From: Steroidobacteraceae bacterium
GTDB lineage: Bacteria; Pseudomonadota; Gammaproteobacteria; Steroidobacterales; Steroidobacteraceae
Assembly (NCBI GenBank): GCA_036781365.1
Contig: DAIQBB010000007.1
Location: 18,169 to 82,168 of the forward strand
Direction of reading: 5' to 3'
Length of the DNA: 64,000 nt
This document shows, in pieces, positions 12,201-21,568 of this stretch. The position numbers and the translations under genes were made by a program. Every line of letters starts with the position of its first letter. Positions within the stretch are counted from its first letter, which is position 1. Under the pieces are notes generated by a model. That model was not told where the DNA came from. It worked only from the letters and a program-made list of their open reading frames with translations, and ran no database searches.

Positions 12201-14789
12201 ATGCGCGAACGATACGAACCCAAACTGATCGAGACGGCGGTCCAGCAAGAATGGGATGTCGCCGGCACGTTCGTTGCGCGTGAGGATCCCGCGAAACCGA
12301 AGTACTACTGCCTGTGCATGTTCCCGTATCCGAGCGGACGACTGCACATGGGGCACGTACGGAACTACACGATCGGCGACGTGCTGGCGCGTTTCATGCG
12401 GATGCAGGGCTTCAACGTGCTGCAGCCGATGGGCTGGGACGCATTCGGCCTGCCGGCGGAGAACGCGGCGATCGAGAACCGGGTTGCGCCCGCACGCTGG
12501 ACCCGCGACAACATCGCGCACATGAAAGGTCAGCTCAAGTCGCTCGGCTTCGGCATTGACTGGTCGCGCGAGCTCGCGACTTGCGACGCGGATTACTACC
12601 GCTGGAACCAGTGGCTTTTCCTGCGCATGCTCGAGCGCGGCATCGCCTACAAGACGACCGGCGTCGTTAACTGGGACCCCGTCGACCAGACCGTGCTCGC
12701 GAACGAGCAGGTGATCGACGGCCGCGGCTGGCGCACGGGCGCGCTCGTCGAGAAGCGCGAGATTCCGATGTACTACCTGCGCATCACGCAGTACGCGGAG
12801 GAACTGCTCGCGGCGCTGGGCCGTCTCCCCGACTGGCCGGACCGCGTTCGCGCGATGCAGGCGAACTGGATCGGGCGCAGCGAGGGTGTGAATCTCGCGT
12901 TCCCCTACGAGATCGAAGGACGGCGAGGCGAGATGAAGGTCTTCACGACGCGCGCCGATACCATCATGGGCGTGACCTTCGTCGCCGTCGCAGCCGAGCA
13001 TCCGATCGCGGAGCTGGCGGCGCGGAAGGACGCAGGAGTGCGCAGCTTTGTGGACGAATGTCGGCGGGGCAGCTTCATGGAAGCCGACATCGCGACCATG
13101 GAGAAGAAGGGCGTCGCGACCGGGCTCACCGTGCGCCACCCGCTGACCGGCGCCGACGTGCCAGTGTGGGTCGGCAACTACGTGTTGATGGCCTATGGCG
13201 AGGGCGCCGTCATGGGTGTGCCGGGCCATGACGAGCGCGACTTCGCCTTCGCGAAGAAGTACGGCCTGCCGATCCTTCCGGTAATCGACGTCGGCGGAAA
13301 GCCGTACTCCACGGATGGCTGGCAGCCCTGGTACGCGGAGCATGGCCGCTGCGTGAACTCGGGCGCCTATGACGGTCTCGGCTATGGCGACGCGACCGAC
13401 GCGATTGCAAAGGACCTGGAATCGAAAGGCCTCGGCCACAAGCAGCTCGTCTGGCGTCTTCGAGACTGGGGCATTTCGCGCCAGCGTTACTGGGGCTGCC
13501 CGATCCCGATCATCCATTGTCCGTCCTGCGGCGATGTGCCGGTGCCGGACGCGGACCTTCCCGTGCGATTGCCCGAGGACTTGGTGCCCGACGGTTCCGG
13601 CAATCCGCTCGCCAAATCGAAGGACTTCCTCGATTGCCGTTGCCCGAAATGCGGTGCAGCCGCGCGGCGCGAGACCGATACGATGGATACCTTCGTGGAT
13701 TCGTCCTGGTACTTCTTCCGCTTCACCTCCGCACACAACGACCGCGCAATGGTGGACGAACGCGCGAAATACTGGATGCCCGTGGACCAGTACATCGGCG
13801 GCATCGAGCACGCGATCCTGCACCTGCTGTATTCGCGCTTCTGGACGCGCGTCATGCGCGACTGCGGACTCACGAGCCTCGACGAACCGTTCCAGCGCCT
13901 GCTGACGCAGGGCATGGTCCTGAACGAGATCTGGTTCCGCAAGCCGGCATCAGGTCGCATCGTGTATTTGAATCCCGCCGATGTCGCTGCGGAAGGCGAG
14001 GGCGACGCCCGCAAGGGCGTGCTGAAGTCCGACGGCCAGCCGGTCGAGTACGGCGGAATCGGCACGATGTCGAAGTCGCGCCGGAATGGCGTCGACCCGC
14101 AGGAACTGGTAGACCGCTACGGCGCCGATACGGCACGCCTCTTCGCGATGTCCAACGTGCCGCCCGAACACACCTTCGAGTGGTTGAACGAGGGCGTGGA
14201 GGGCGCATTCCGGTTCCTGAAGCGCCTGTGGAAGCTTGTCCACGCCCACGTCGAAGGCGGATTGGCCGGCAAGGTCGATCCGGCATCGCTCGGCGGAGCG
14301 CAGCGCGAGCTGCGCCGCCAGGTGCACCAGACGCTCGTCAAGGTCGGCGACGACATTGGCCGGCGGCGCATGTTCAACACGGCGATTGCCGCCGCGATGG
14401 AACTCTACAATTGCCTCGCACGTTTCGGCGACAACTCTCCGCAGGGCCGCGCCGTGATGCAGGAAGCGCTCGATCTCGTAGTATTGATGATGTCGCCGAT
14501 CGTGCCACATGCCGCGCAGGCGATGTGGCGCGCGCTCGGCCATGTGACGCTCGTCGTGGACGAGCGCTGGCCGGAGGCCGACTCCTCGGCATTGGCGCAG
14601 GACAAGGTCGAGATCGTGGTGCAGGTCAACGGCAAGCTGCGCGCGCGCGTGCAGGTTTCCGCAGGCGCGGACGAAGCGGTCGCACGTGAGGCTGCGCTCG
14701 CCGATCCTGGCGTCGCCAAGTTCGTGGCAGGCCAGCCGGTTCGCAAGCTGATTTACGTACCCGGGAAACTCGTGAACGTGGTGGTGTGA
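12201..14789 (+). CDS. leuS: Leucyl-tRNA synthetase
   Basis: 862 aa with HIGH-type motif [11 protein letters not shown] and KMSKS-type [10 protein letters not shown]. Confidence 0.97.
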   Translation: MRERYEPKLIETAVQQEWDVAGTFVAREDPAKPKYYCLCMFPYPSGRLHMGHVRNYTIGDVLARFMRMQGFNVLQPMGWDAFGLPAENAAIENRVAPARWTRDNIAHMKGQLKSLGFGIDWSRELATCDADYYRWNQWLFLRMLERGIAYKTTGVVNWDPVDQTVLANEQVIDGRGWRTGALVEKREIPMYYLRITQYAEELLAALGRLPDWPDRVRAMQANWIGRSEGVNLAFPYEIEGRRGEMKVFTTRADTIMGVTFVAVAAEHPIAELAARKDAGVRSFVDECRRGSFMEADIATMEKKGVATGLTVRHPLTGADVPVWVGNYVLMAYGEGAVMGVPGHDERDFAFAKKYGLPILPVIDVGGKPYSTDGWQPWYAEHGRCVNSGAYDGLGYGDATDAIAKDLESKGLGHKQLVWRLRDWGISRQRYWGCPIPIIHCPSCGDVPVPDADLPVRLPEDLVPDGSGNPLAKSKDFLDCRCPKCGAAARRETDTMDTFVDSSWYFFRFTSAHNDRAMVDERAKYWMPVDQYIGGIEHAILHLLYSRFWTRVMRDCGLTSLDEPFQRLLTQGMVLNEIWFRKPASGRIVYLNPADVAAEGEGDARKGVLKSDGQPVEYGGIGTMSKSRRNGVDPQELVDRYGADTARLFAMSNVPPEHTFEWLNEGVEGAFRFLKRLWKLVHAHVEGGLAGKVDPASLGGAQRELRRQVHQTLVKVGDDIGRRRMFNTAIAAAMELYNCLARFGDNSPQGRAVMQEALDLVVLMMSPIVPHAAQAMWRALGHVTLVVDERWPEADSSALAQDKVEIVVQVNGKLRARVQVSAGADEAVAREAALADPGVAKFVAGQPVRKLIYVPGKLVNVVV

Positions 14790-15268
14790 TGTTGCGACGG
14801 TTTTTCATCCTGGCGCTGTTCGCCCTCGCCTCGGGTTGCGGATTCCACCTGCGTGGCCAGGAGCCGCTGCCGGCCGCGTTCGCGTCGCCCTACGTCGAAA
14901 CGTCGGATCGATATACTGAGCTTTATGCCGCGCTCGACAGTCGCTTGCGCGCGGCAGGTGCCCAGCCTGCGGCCAATGCCGCCGCCGCGAGCGCGGTGAT
15001 CCGCATTCACCTCGACGACACCGGGCGCGAGCTCCTGTCCGTGACGGCCGACAACAAGCCGGGAGAATACGAGGTCTACTACGCTGCAGAGTTTTCCGTG
15101 ACGAGCGGCGCTTCGGAGCTGCTTGCGCGCCAGCCGGTAAAACTGACGCGCGATTATGGATACGACGAGACTGCCGTGCTCGCCAAGGAGCACGAGGAGG
15201 AGTCGCTGCGCGTTGCGCTCGCAGGTGACATCGCGGACCTGATCCTGCGGCGGTTGGCGGCCCTGTGA
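14786..15268 (+). CDS. lptE: LPS-assembly lipoprotein LptE
   Basis: 160 aa. Lipoprotein signal with lipobox LASGC followed by GFHLRG. It lies immediately after leuS, as in E. coli (rlpB). Confidence 0.85.
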   Translation: MMLRRFFILALFALASGCGFHLRGQEPLPAAFASPYVETSDRYTELYAALDSRLRAAGAQPAANAAAASAVIRIHLDDTGRELLSVTADNKPGEYEVYYAAEFSVTSGASELLARQPVKLTRDYGYDETAVLAKEHEEESLRVALAGDIADLILRRLAAL

Positions 15269-16626
15269 ACCTCTCGGTATTCGACGTATTCAAGGTCGGC
15301 GTCGGCCCCTCGTCGTCGCACACGATGGGCCCGATGCTCGCGGCCCGTTTCTTCGTCCTCGATCTCGAGGCGCGTGGGCTGCTCGAACGCACGACGGAAG
15401 TGTTCGCGCAGCTCTACGGGTCGCTCGCGCTCACGGGTCTCGGGCATTGCACGGACCGCGCCATCCTGCTCGGACTCGAGGGAAATGATCCCTCGGGTCT
15501 TGACCCGGCGATGATGGAGCCGACCCTGAAGCGCATCCGCGACAGCGGCCGACTGCGCCTGCTCGGCCGGCGCGAAATCGCATTCGACGAGCCGATGAAC
15601 CTGCTGTTCCACCGCGACCAGATGTTGCCGGGCCACTCCAATGGGATGCGTTTCACCGCGCGCGACGCGGCCGGCGCGACCCTGTTGACCGAGGAGATGT
15701 ACTCGATCGGCGGCGGCGCGGTGCAGCGCGAGGGCGAGAACCCGGGGGACGCTGTCGCGGGGCCCGCCGAAATCCCACTGCCATTCGGCAGTGGAGCGGA
15801 ACTGCTGGCAGTGGCGGAGCACGCGCGGCTCACGATTGCGGAACTGATGCGCAAGAATGAGCTTGCGCTGCGTCCCGCAGCCGAAATCGACGCGAAACTG
15901 CAACGGATCTGGTCGGTCATGCAGGCCTGCGTGGAACGCGGCTTCGCCGCGGAAGGAATCCTCCCGGGCATCCTGAAGGTGAAGCGCCGCGCGCCGCATC
16001 TCGTGCGCGCGCTCGAAGCAGACCTGGTGCGCGCGGACGCGATGGAATGGGTCAACGCCTGGGCTCTCTCCGTGAACGAGGAGAACGCTGCCGGCGGTCA
16101 GGTCGTCACGGCGCCCACAAACGGCGCCGCCGGCATCGTTCCTGCGGTGATGCACTACTACTTGCGCCTCTGCTCCGGCAGCGATGACGCCGGCATTCAG
16201 AAATTCCTGCTGACGGCCGGTGCAATCGGCCTCCTGTACAAGCGCAATGCCTCGATTTCGGGCGCGGAAATGGGCTGCCAGGGCGAGGTCGGCGTCGCCT
16301 GCTCGATGGCGGCGGCGGGACTTGCGGCCGCGCTCGGCGGCACCAACGGCCAGGTCGAGAATGCGGCCGAAATCGGCATGGAACACAACCTCGGCCTGAC
16401 CTGCGACCCGATCGCGGGGCTCGTCCAGATTCCCTGCATCGAGCGCAATGCCATGGGCGCGGTCAAGGCGATCAACGCGGCGCGGCTCGCGCTGCGCGGC
16501 GATGGATCGCACAAGGTTTCGCTCGACCAGGTGATCGCGACGATGCGGCAGACCGGGTACGACATGAAGTCCATCTACAAGGAGACCTCCCAGGGAGGTC
16601 TTGCCGTCAACGTGCCGGAATGCTGA
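15265..16626 (+). CDS. sdaA: L-serine ammonia-lyase (Fe-S, single-chain)
   Basis: 453 aa with N-terminus [24 protein letters not shown], typical of SdaA. The GTG start overlaps the lptE stop. Confidence 0.93.
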   Translation: MNLSVFDVFKVGVGPSSSHTMGPMLAARFFVLDLEARGLLERTTEVFAQLYGSLALTGLGHCTDRAILLGLEGNDPSGLDPAMMEPTLKRIRDSGRLRLLGRREIAFDEPMNLLFHRDQMLPGHSNGMRFTARDAAGATLLTEEMYSIGGGAVQREGENPGDAVAGPAEIPLPFGSGAELLAVAEHARLTIAELMRKNELALRPAAEIDAKLQRIWSVMQACVERGFAAEGILPGILKVKRRAPHLVRALEADLVRADAMEWVNAWALSVNEENAAGGQVVTAPTNGAAGIVPAVMHYYLRLCSGSDDAGIQKFLLTAGAIGLLYKRNASISGAEMGCQGEVGVACSMAAAGLAAALGGTNGQVENAAEIGMEHNLGLTCDPIAGLVQIPCIERNAMGAVKAINAARLALRGDGSHKVSLDQVIATMRQTGYDMKSIYKETSQGGLAVNVPEC

Positions 16627-16633
16627 CCAGGCT

Positions 16634-16728
16634 AAAGGGGACGCGCACCTTTAAAGGGGACGCGCACCTTTAAAGGGGACGCGCACCTTTAACGGTGAGC
16701 GTCCCCTTTAAAGGTGCGCGTCCCCTTT
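16634..16728. repeat. Array of five abutting 19-nt units (3 direct + 2 inverted) of aaaggggacgcgcaccttt
   Basis: Units at 16634-52, 16653-71 and 16672-90 are identical. Unit 16691-709 (aacggtgagcgtccccttt) is a degenerate inverted copy. Unit 16710-28 (aaaggtgcgcgtccccttt) is an exact inverted copy. The array fills the gap between the convergent sdaA stop (16626) and pip stop (16727-29). It can fold as one long hairpin and so act as a bidirectional terminator. Confidence 0.9.
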
Positions 16729-17731
16729 AGGCTGACGCAAAGCGGTCGGTCGCGCGAATCAACTCGTCGGTGATGCCGGGCTCGAAGGCCGAATGCCCGG
16801 CGTCGCCCACGACGCGGAAATCCGCCTCGGGCCAGGCGCGATGCAGGTCCCAGGCGGTGAACATCGGGCAGACGACGTCGTGCCGGCCCTGCACGATCAC
16901 GGCGGGCAGGTGGCGGATGCGCCCCACGTCGTCGAGCAACTGGCTCTCCTTCTTCAGGAACCCGCCGTTCACGAAATAGTGACACTCGATGCGGGCGACC
17001 GCGAGCGCGAATTCATCCTCACCCCACTTGCGGACATTCTCGTCGTCGGTCAGCAGGTAGCTCGTCGCGCCCTCCCACACGGCCCAGGCGCGCGCGGCCG
17101 CCTGGGCGGCGGCGCGATCATTGCCAGTCAGGCGACGATGGAAGGCACGCATCAGGTCGCCGCGTTCCGCAGGCGGGATTGGCGCTACGTATTCCTCCCA
17201 TCGATCCGGATACAGGGCCGACGCGCCCTGCTGGTAAAACCAGTCGAGCTCAGCCTTGCGCAGCATGAATATGCCGCGGAGCACGAGTTCGCTGACGCAG
17301 TCCGGGTGCGACTCGGCGTAGGCGAGGGCGAGCGTCGAGCCCCAGGAGCCGCCGAATACCTGCCAGCGTTCGACGCGGAACGACTCGCGCAGGCGCTCGA
17401 TGTCCGCGACGAGATCCCAGGTCGAGTTGTGCTCGAGGCTCGCGTGCGGACGGCTCCGCCCGCAGCCGCGCTGGTCGTAGAGGAAAATCCGGTAGCGCGC
17501 CGGATCAAAGAAGCGGCGCGCGCGGGTATCGCAGCCGGCACCCGGTCCCCCGTGCAGGAACACGACCGGCTTGCCGGCCGGATTGCCGCACTCCTCCCAG
17601 TAGACCTCGTGGCCGTCGCCGACGGCGAGATGGCCCTGGCGCCGCGGCTCGATTGGTGGATAGAACACGCGTCGCTGGCGCGATGAATCGTTCACGGGAT
17701 CGAAATCAGAACCGGACGAGGATGCCGGCAA
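16727..17731 (-). CDS. pip: Prolyl aminopeptidase (proline iminopeptidase, alpha/beta hydrolase)
   Basis: 334 aa with VVFLHGGPG and nucleophile elbow GGSWGSTLALAYA. The longest start (17731) overlaps the upstream OMP gene by 26 nt. An in-frame GTG at 17695 is an alternative start. Confidence 0.9.
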   Translation of the reverse strand: MPASSSGSDFDPVNDSSRQRRVFYPPIEPRRQGHLAVGDGHEVYWEECGNPAGKPVVFLHGGPGAGCDTRARRFFDPARYRIFLYDQRGCGRSRPHASLEHNSTWDLVADIERLRESFRVERWQVFGGSWGSTLALAYAESHPDCVSELVLRGIFMLRKAELDWFYQQGASALYPDRWEEYVAPIPPAERGDLMRAFHRRLTGNDRAAAQAAARAWAVWEGATSYLLTDDENVRKWGEDEFALAVARIECHYFVNGGFLKKESQLLDDVGRIRHLPAVIVQGRHDVVCPMFTAWDLHRAWPEADFRVVGDAGHSAFEPGITDELIRATDRFASA

Positions 17732-18326
17732 GCGCCTCGGCCTGGAGAAAGGACGAGCCGCTTGCGACGATGCGGCAGACGCCTTCCCCGTTGTCCGATT
17801 TGCAGAAGAAGGCGCTGCTCGTGTCGACGGCAGTCAGGTAACCACGCGCCTCGAGGCGGATGGCGGCGTGTTTCGCGAGCGGGATCTCGAGGCCGAAAGC
17901 AGCCGAGCCGGAGAAACTCGTCCGGTCGTCGGCGCCGGCTGCAGACGACGAGAAGCGCGTCGCGCCAAGGCCGGCCGCGAAATAGGGTTGGACATGCTCG
18001 TAACCCCCGAGGGGGAGGGTGCCGCCGATGTGCAGGTACTCGATGTCGGCGCCGTGGGTTTCGATGCCGTCGTCGACTTCGGAATCCTGGCGCGAGTACC
18101 AGAGCTGGTAGAAGCGGTCGTCGCCCTGCGCGAAACGCAGTTCGAGGGCGAGGGCAATGGTCTCGCTGTCTTCGAAATCGCGGTCCGCGCCGGTGTCCGC
18201 GTCTTCAAGGCTGCCCCCGGTGCGGTAGCCGCCGTGCAGGCCCACCTGAAACAAGGGCAGTTCATCGGCGCGCAACGTGGGGGCGGCGAGCGCAAGTGAC
18301 AGGGCGATCAAGGTCAGACGATTCAT
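17706..18326 (-). CDS. Small outer-membrane beta-barrel protein
   Basis: 206 aa. Signal peptide MNRLTLIALSLALAAPTLRA, alternating amphipathic strands rich in G/Y/R, and a C-terminal ...GILVRF ending in Phe as in OMPs. Confidence 0.7.
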   Translation of the reverse strand: MNRLTLIALSLALAAPTLRADELPLFQVGLHGGYRTGGSLEDADTGADRDFEDSETIALALELRFAQGDDRFYQLWYSRQDSEVDDGIETHGADIEYLHIGGTLPLGGYEHVQPYFAAGLGATRFSSSAAGADDRTSFSGSAAFGLEIPLAKHAAIRLEARGYLTAVDTSSAFFCKSDNGEGVCRIVASGSSFLQAEALAGILVRF

Positions 18327-18376
18327 CGCGCTGACTATCTCACAGGGTGCTCGACGATGGCTACAATTGAGCGCTC

Positions 18377-19387
18377 ATGCGAATCAACACTGACCAGGTA
18401 TCGCGTACCCTCGAGAAAGGCCTCGCAACCGCCTGGCTGATTGCCGGGGACGAGGCGCTGCTGACCGGGGAGGCGGCGGACGCGGTTCGCGCGCGTGCGC
18501 GCGCGGACGGATTCACGGGCCGCGACCTCTTCATCACCGACCGCAGCTTCGACTGGACTGAAGTCGCCGCGGCAAGCCAGACGCTGTCGCTCTTTGCAGA
18601 GCGGCGCATCATCGAAATCCGGATGCCGACGCCACGTCCGGGCAAGGAGGGCGGCGCAACGCTCGCGCGGCTTGCCGCCGATCCCGGACCCGACAACCTG
18701 TTGCTCGTCATGACGACCAAACCGGAGAAAGAGACCTGGCCGAGCGCCTGGTTCAAGGCATTCGAGAAGCATGGTGTTTTTGTCCAGGCCTGGCCGGTCG
18801 AGATCAGCCGGCTGCCGCAATGGATTTCGAACCGCGCCGCGCGGCTCGGCCTCAGTTTCGGGCCCGGCGCGGCTGAAATGCTTGCGGAGCGCGTCGAAGG
18901 CAACCTGCTCGCGGCACAGCAGGAAATCGAAAAGCTCGCGCTGCTGCACACCGGTGACCGGGTCGGCCCTGACGACGTGCTGGCCGCTGTTGCCAACAGC
19001 GCGCGATACGACGTTTTCCAGCTCGGTGAAGCCGCGCTCGACGGCGATGTACCGCGCTCGCTCAGGATCCTGGACGGCCTGCGTGCCGAAGGGGCCGAGC
19101 CACCGCTCGTACTATGGGCCGTATGCCGTGAACTGCGCGCACTAGCCGACACGCGCAACGGAACGGCGAAGCCCGGCTACGGCGCAATGGCGGAGCGACG
19201 GGGGGCCTTGCTGAAGCGCGCTGCGCAGCGCACGGCTGGCCAGCCTTTCGAAGCCTGGTTTTCGGCGGCGGCCCGCATCGACCGGCAGGTCAAGGGCCAG
19301 GCTGCCGGCGAGCCCTGGACATCGCTGACGCGACTCGTCGCCGCGATCGCAGGCAGCCAACTGCCCCTCCCAAGTTTGCGCGGCTAG
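18377..19387 (+). CDS. holA: DNA polymerase III delta subunit
   Basis: 336 aa. The N-terminus ...AWLIAGDEALL... is typical of HolA. It is followed by nadD, as in the E. coli leuS-lptE-holA-nadD order. Confidence 0.85.
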   Translation: MRINTDQVSRTLEKGLATAWLIAGDEALLTGEAADAVRARARADGFTGRDLFITDRSFDWTEVAAASQTLSLFAERRIIEIRMPTPRPGKEGGATLARLAADPGPDNLLLVMTTKPEKETWPSAWFKAFEKHGVFVQAWPVEISRLPQWISNRAARLGLSFGPGAAEMLAERVEGNLLAAQQEIEKLALLHTGDRVGPDDVLAAVANSARYDVFQLGEAALDGDVPRSLRILDGLRAEGAEPPLVLWAVCRELRALADTRNGTAKPGYGAMAERRGALLKRAAQRTAGQPFEAWFSAAARIDRQVKGQAAGEPWTSLTRLVAAIAGSQLPLPSLRG

Positions 19388-19403
19388 AGCCCCCATTCCC
19401 TAC

Positions 19404-20057
19404 ATGCGCCCAATCGGCGTGTTTGGCGGGATGTTCGACCCGATTCACTACGGGCACTTGCGCACGGCCCACGAACTGCACGAACTGCTTGGGCTCGAGG
19501 CCGTTGCTTTCCTGCCCGCTGGCGACCCGCCGCACCGGGCCGCGCCGCTCGCAGATGCGAAGACGCGCCTTGCAATGGTACGCGCGGCGGTTGGTGAGGA
19601 TCCGCGCTTCCTTGTGGACGACCGCGAGCTCAGGCGCTCCGGCCCCTCGTACACGATCATTACGCTCGAGGAAATGCGCGCCGAACGTGGCGCTCAACCA
19701 ATCGTGTTGATCATGGGCATGGATGCGTTCGCAGGCATCGATCGCTGGCATTGCGCAGGAGAGCTGCTTTCGCTCGCCCACATCGTGATCGCGCTGCGGC
19801 CGAAGGCGCCCGCGCCCGGGCACGGCCTCGGTGCCGCGCTCCTGCGCGACCGGCGTTGCGCGCATCCCGCGCGCCTGTCAGAAAGCCCGGCAGGTCACGT
19901 CTACGTGAGCGAAGGCACGCAACTCGACCTGTCCTCGAGCGCCGTGCGGGCGGTCGTCGCTGCCGGCCGCGATCCGCGCTACTTGATGCCCGAGGCTTCG
20001 CGTAGGATCATCCTCGACGGGGGCAGCTACGCCCGGCAAGGTGAAACGAAGGAATGA
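19404..20057 (+). CDS. nadD: Nicotinate-nucleotide adenylyltransferase
   Basis: 217 aa with motif GVFGGMFDPIHYGHL. Confidence 0.92.
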   Translation: MRPIGVFGGMFDPIHYGHLRTAHELHELLGLEAVAFLPAGDPPHRAAPLADAKTRLAMVRAAVGEDPRFLVDDRELRRSGPSYTIITLEEMRAERGAQPIVLIMGMDAFAGIDRWHCAGELLSLAHIVIALRPKAPAPGHGLGAALLRDRRCAHPARLSESPAGHVYVSEGTQLDLSSSAVRAVVAAGRDPRYLMPEASRRIILDGGSYARQGETKE

Positions 20058-20461
20058 TCGCCACGAGACCGAAGAGAAAACGCACAGCTCCCGCCTCCAA
20101 GAAGACCAGGACCGGACCTGGCACGCTGACCAAGATCGCCGTCGCCGCGCTCGAAGACATGAAGGCCGTCAACGTCAAGGTGCTCGACGTGCGCAAGCTC
20201 ACCGATGTCACCGACACGATGATCGTTGCGACGGGCAATTCCGATCGGCACGTCAAGTCGATCGCTGACCGCCTGATCGAGCGCTGTCGCGAAGCGGGCC
20301 ACCGCGCCTATGGCGTCGAGGGCCAGCGCGAGGGCGAGTGGGTGCTGGTCGATCTCCAGGACCTGATCGTCCACGTCATGTTGCCGCGAATCCGCGAGTT
20401 CTACGCCCTCGAAAAACTCTGGGACCTGCGCCCGGCGAGGCGCGAGCCCCAGCTCGCCTAG
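20054..20461 (+). CDS. rsfS: Ribosomal silencing factor RsfS (Iojap-like)
   Basis: 135 aa with core ...DMKAVNVKVLDVRKLTDVTDTMIVATGNSDRHVKSIADRL... The ATGA overlap with nadD gives a basic N-terminal extension, so the true start could be further downstream. Confidence 0.85.
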   Translation: MIATRPKRKRTAPASKKTRTGPGTLTKIAVAALEDMKAVNVKVLDVRKLTDVTDTMIVATGNSDRHVKSIADRLIERCREAGHRAYGVEGQREGEWVLVDLQDLIVHVMLPRIREFYALEKLWDLRPARREPQLA

Positions 20462-20472
20462 GAAGGAACCTC

Positions 20473-20904
20473 ATGCGCATCCGGCTGATCGCAGCCGGGA
20501 CCCGACTCCCGAAATGGATCGACGAAGGCGTCCTGGAGTACGGGCGTCGCTTCGGCCGCGGGCTCAAGTTCGAGTTGATCGAGATACCGATCGCGCGTGA
20601 GGCCGAACGAATGCGCGCCGCCATCGGCACGGGCGACTATGTCGTCGCGCTCGAGGTCGGCGGGAGCTCCATGTCGACGTCCGGGCTCGCGCAATGGCTC
20701 TCGGCACGCATGGCCGGCGGCCGCGACCTTGCGTTGCTCGTCGGCGGTCCGGAAGGACTCGACCCGGCGCTGTCCGGCAACGCCGACTTTCGGTGGTCGC
20801 TTTCGCCGCTGACCTGGCCGCATGGCCTCGTGCGGGTCATGGTCGCTGAGCAGCTTTATCGTGCGCACAGCCTCCTTCTGGGCCATCCGTATCACCGAGC
20901 CTGA
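20473..20904 (+). CDS. rlmH: 23S rRNA (pseudouridine1915-N3)-methyltransferase RlmH
   Basis: Internal ATG at 20473 (MRIRLIAAGTRLPKWIDEG...) giving 143 aa of SPOUT family. The track ORF 20338.. is over-extended. Confidence 0.92.
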   Translation: MRIRLIAAGTRLPKWIDEGVLEYGRRFGRGLKFELIEIPIAREAERMRAAIGTGDYVVALEVGGSSMSTSGLAQWLSARMAGGRDLALLVGGPEGLDPALSGNADFRWSLSPLTWPHGLVRVMVAEQLYRAHSLLLGHPYHRA

Positions 20905-21528
20905 GTGAGTTCCTTGGGCTATCCTCGTGGCTCAATGGGTTACGACTCCATTGTCCTGGCCTCGGCGTCGAAACGGCGGAGTCTCCTGCTGGCCCAGATC
21001 GGCGTTCGCCACCGCCCTGTTGCCGCCGACATCGACGAAACCCCGCGGCCCGGCGAGCGGCCGGACGCTTACGTCGAGAGGCTCGCCCGAGGCAAGGCGC
21101 AAGCCGTTGTCGAGACCCTCGAGAATCGTCCGGATCGCCCGGTGCTGGCGGCGGACACGACCGTCGTCCTCGGAGGAAGGATCTTCGGCAAGCCCGCGGA
21201 TGAGGCCGACTGCGTCGACATGTTGACGATGCTTGCGGGACAGAGGCACGAGGTGCTGACGGCCATCGCGCTCTGGCACGACGGTCGCCTGCAGGCGAAG
21301 TCCAGCACGAGTTACGTCACATTCCGCGCCATCGCTGCGGAAGAATGCAGGCGCTATTGGGCGACCGGCGAGCCGGCGGGCAAGGCGGGCGCCTACGCCA
21401 TCCAGGGACTTGGCGCCGCATTCATTGCGCATCTCGAAGGCAGTTTTTCGGGCGTGATGGGCCTGCCCCTGTTCGAAACCGCAGGGCTCCTCGACGCCGC
21501 GGGCGTGCGTCGCTGGCAGGTCACGTGA
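20905..21528 (+). CDS. maf: Maf-like nucleoside triphosphate pyrophosphatase
   Basis: Motif IVLASASKRRSLLL plus the conserved Maf core. There is an alternative ATG start at 20935. Confidence 0.88.
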   Translation: MSSLGYPRGSMGYDSIVLASASKRRSLLLAQIGVRHRPVAADIDETPRPGERPDAYVERLARGKAQAVVETLENRPDRPVLAADTTVVLGGRIFGKPADEADCVDMLTMLAGQRHEVLTAIALWHDGRLQAKSSTSYVTFRAIAAEECRRYWATGEPAGKAGAYAIQGLGAAFIAHLEGSFSGVMGLPLFETAGLLDAAGVRRWQVT

Positions 21529-21568
21529 ATCGCCGGAACGCGGTCTTCGCCGCCCTTGTCCAAGAATC

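Noticed and set aside
16634-16728. Possible CRISPR array because of tandem identical 19-nt repeats
   Set aside because: The units abut without spacers, are too short, include inverted copies, and no cas genes or leader are nearby.
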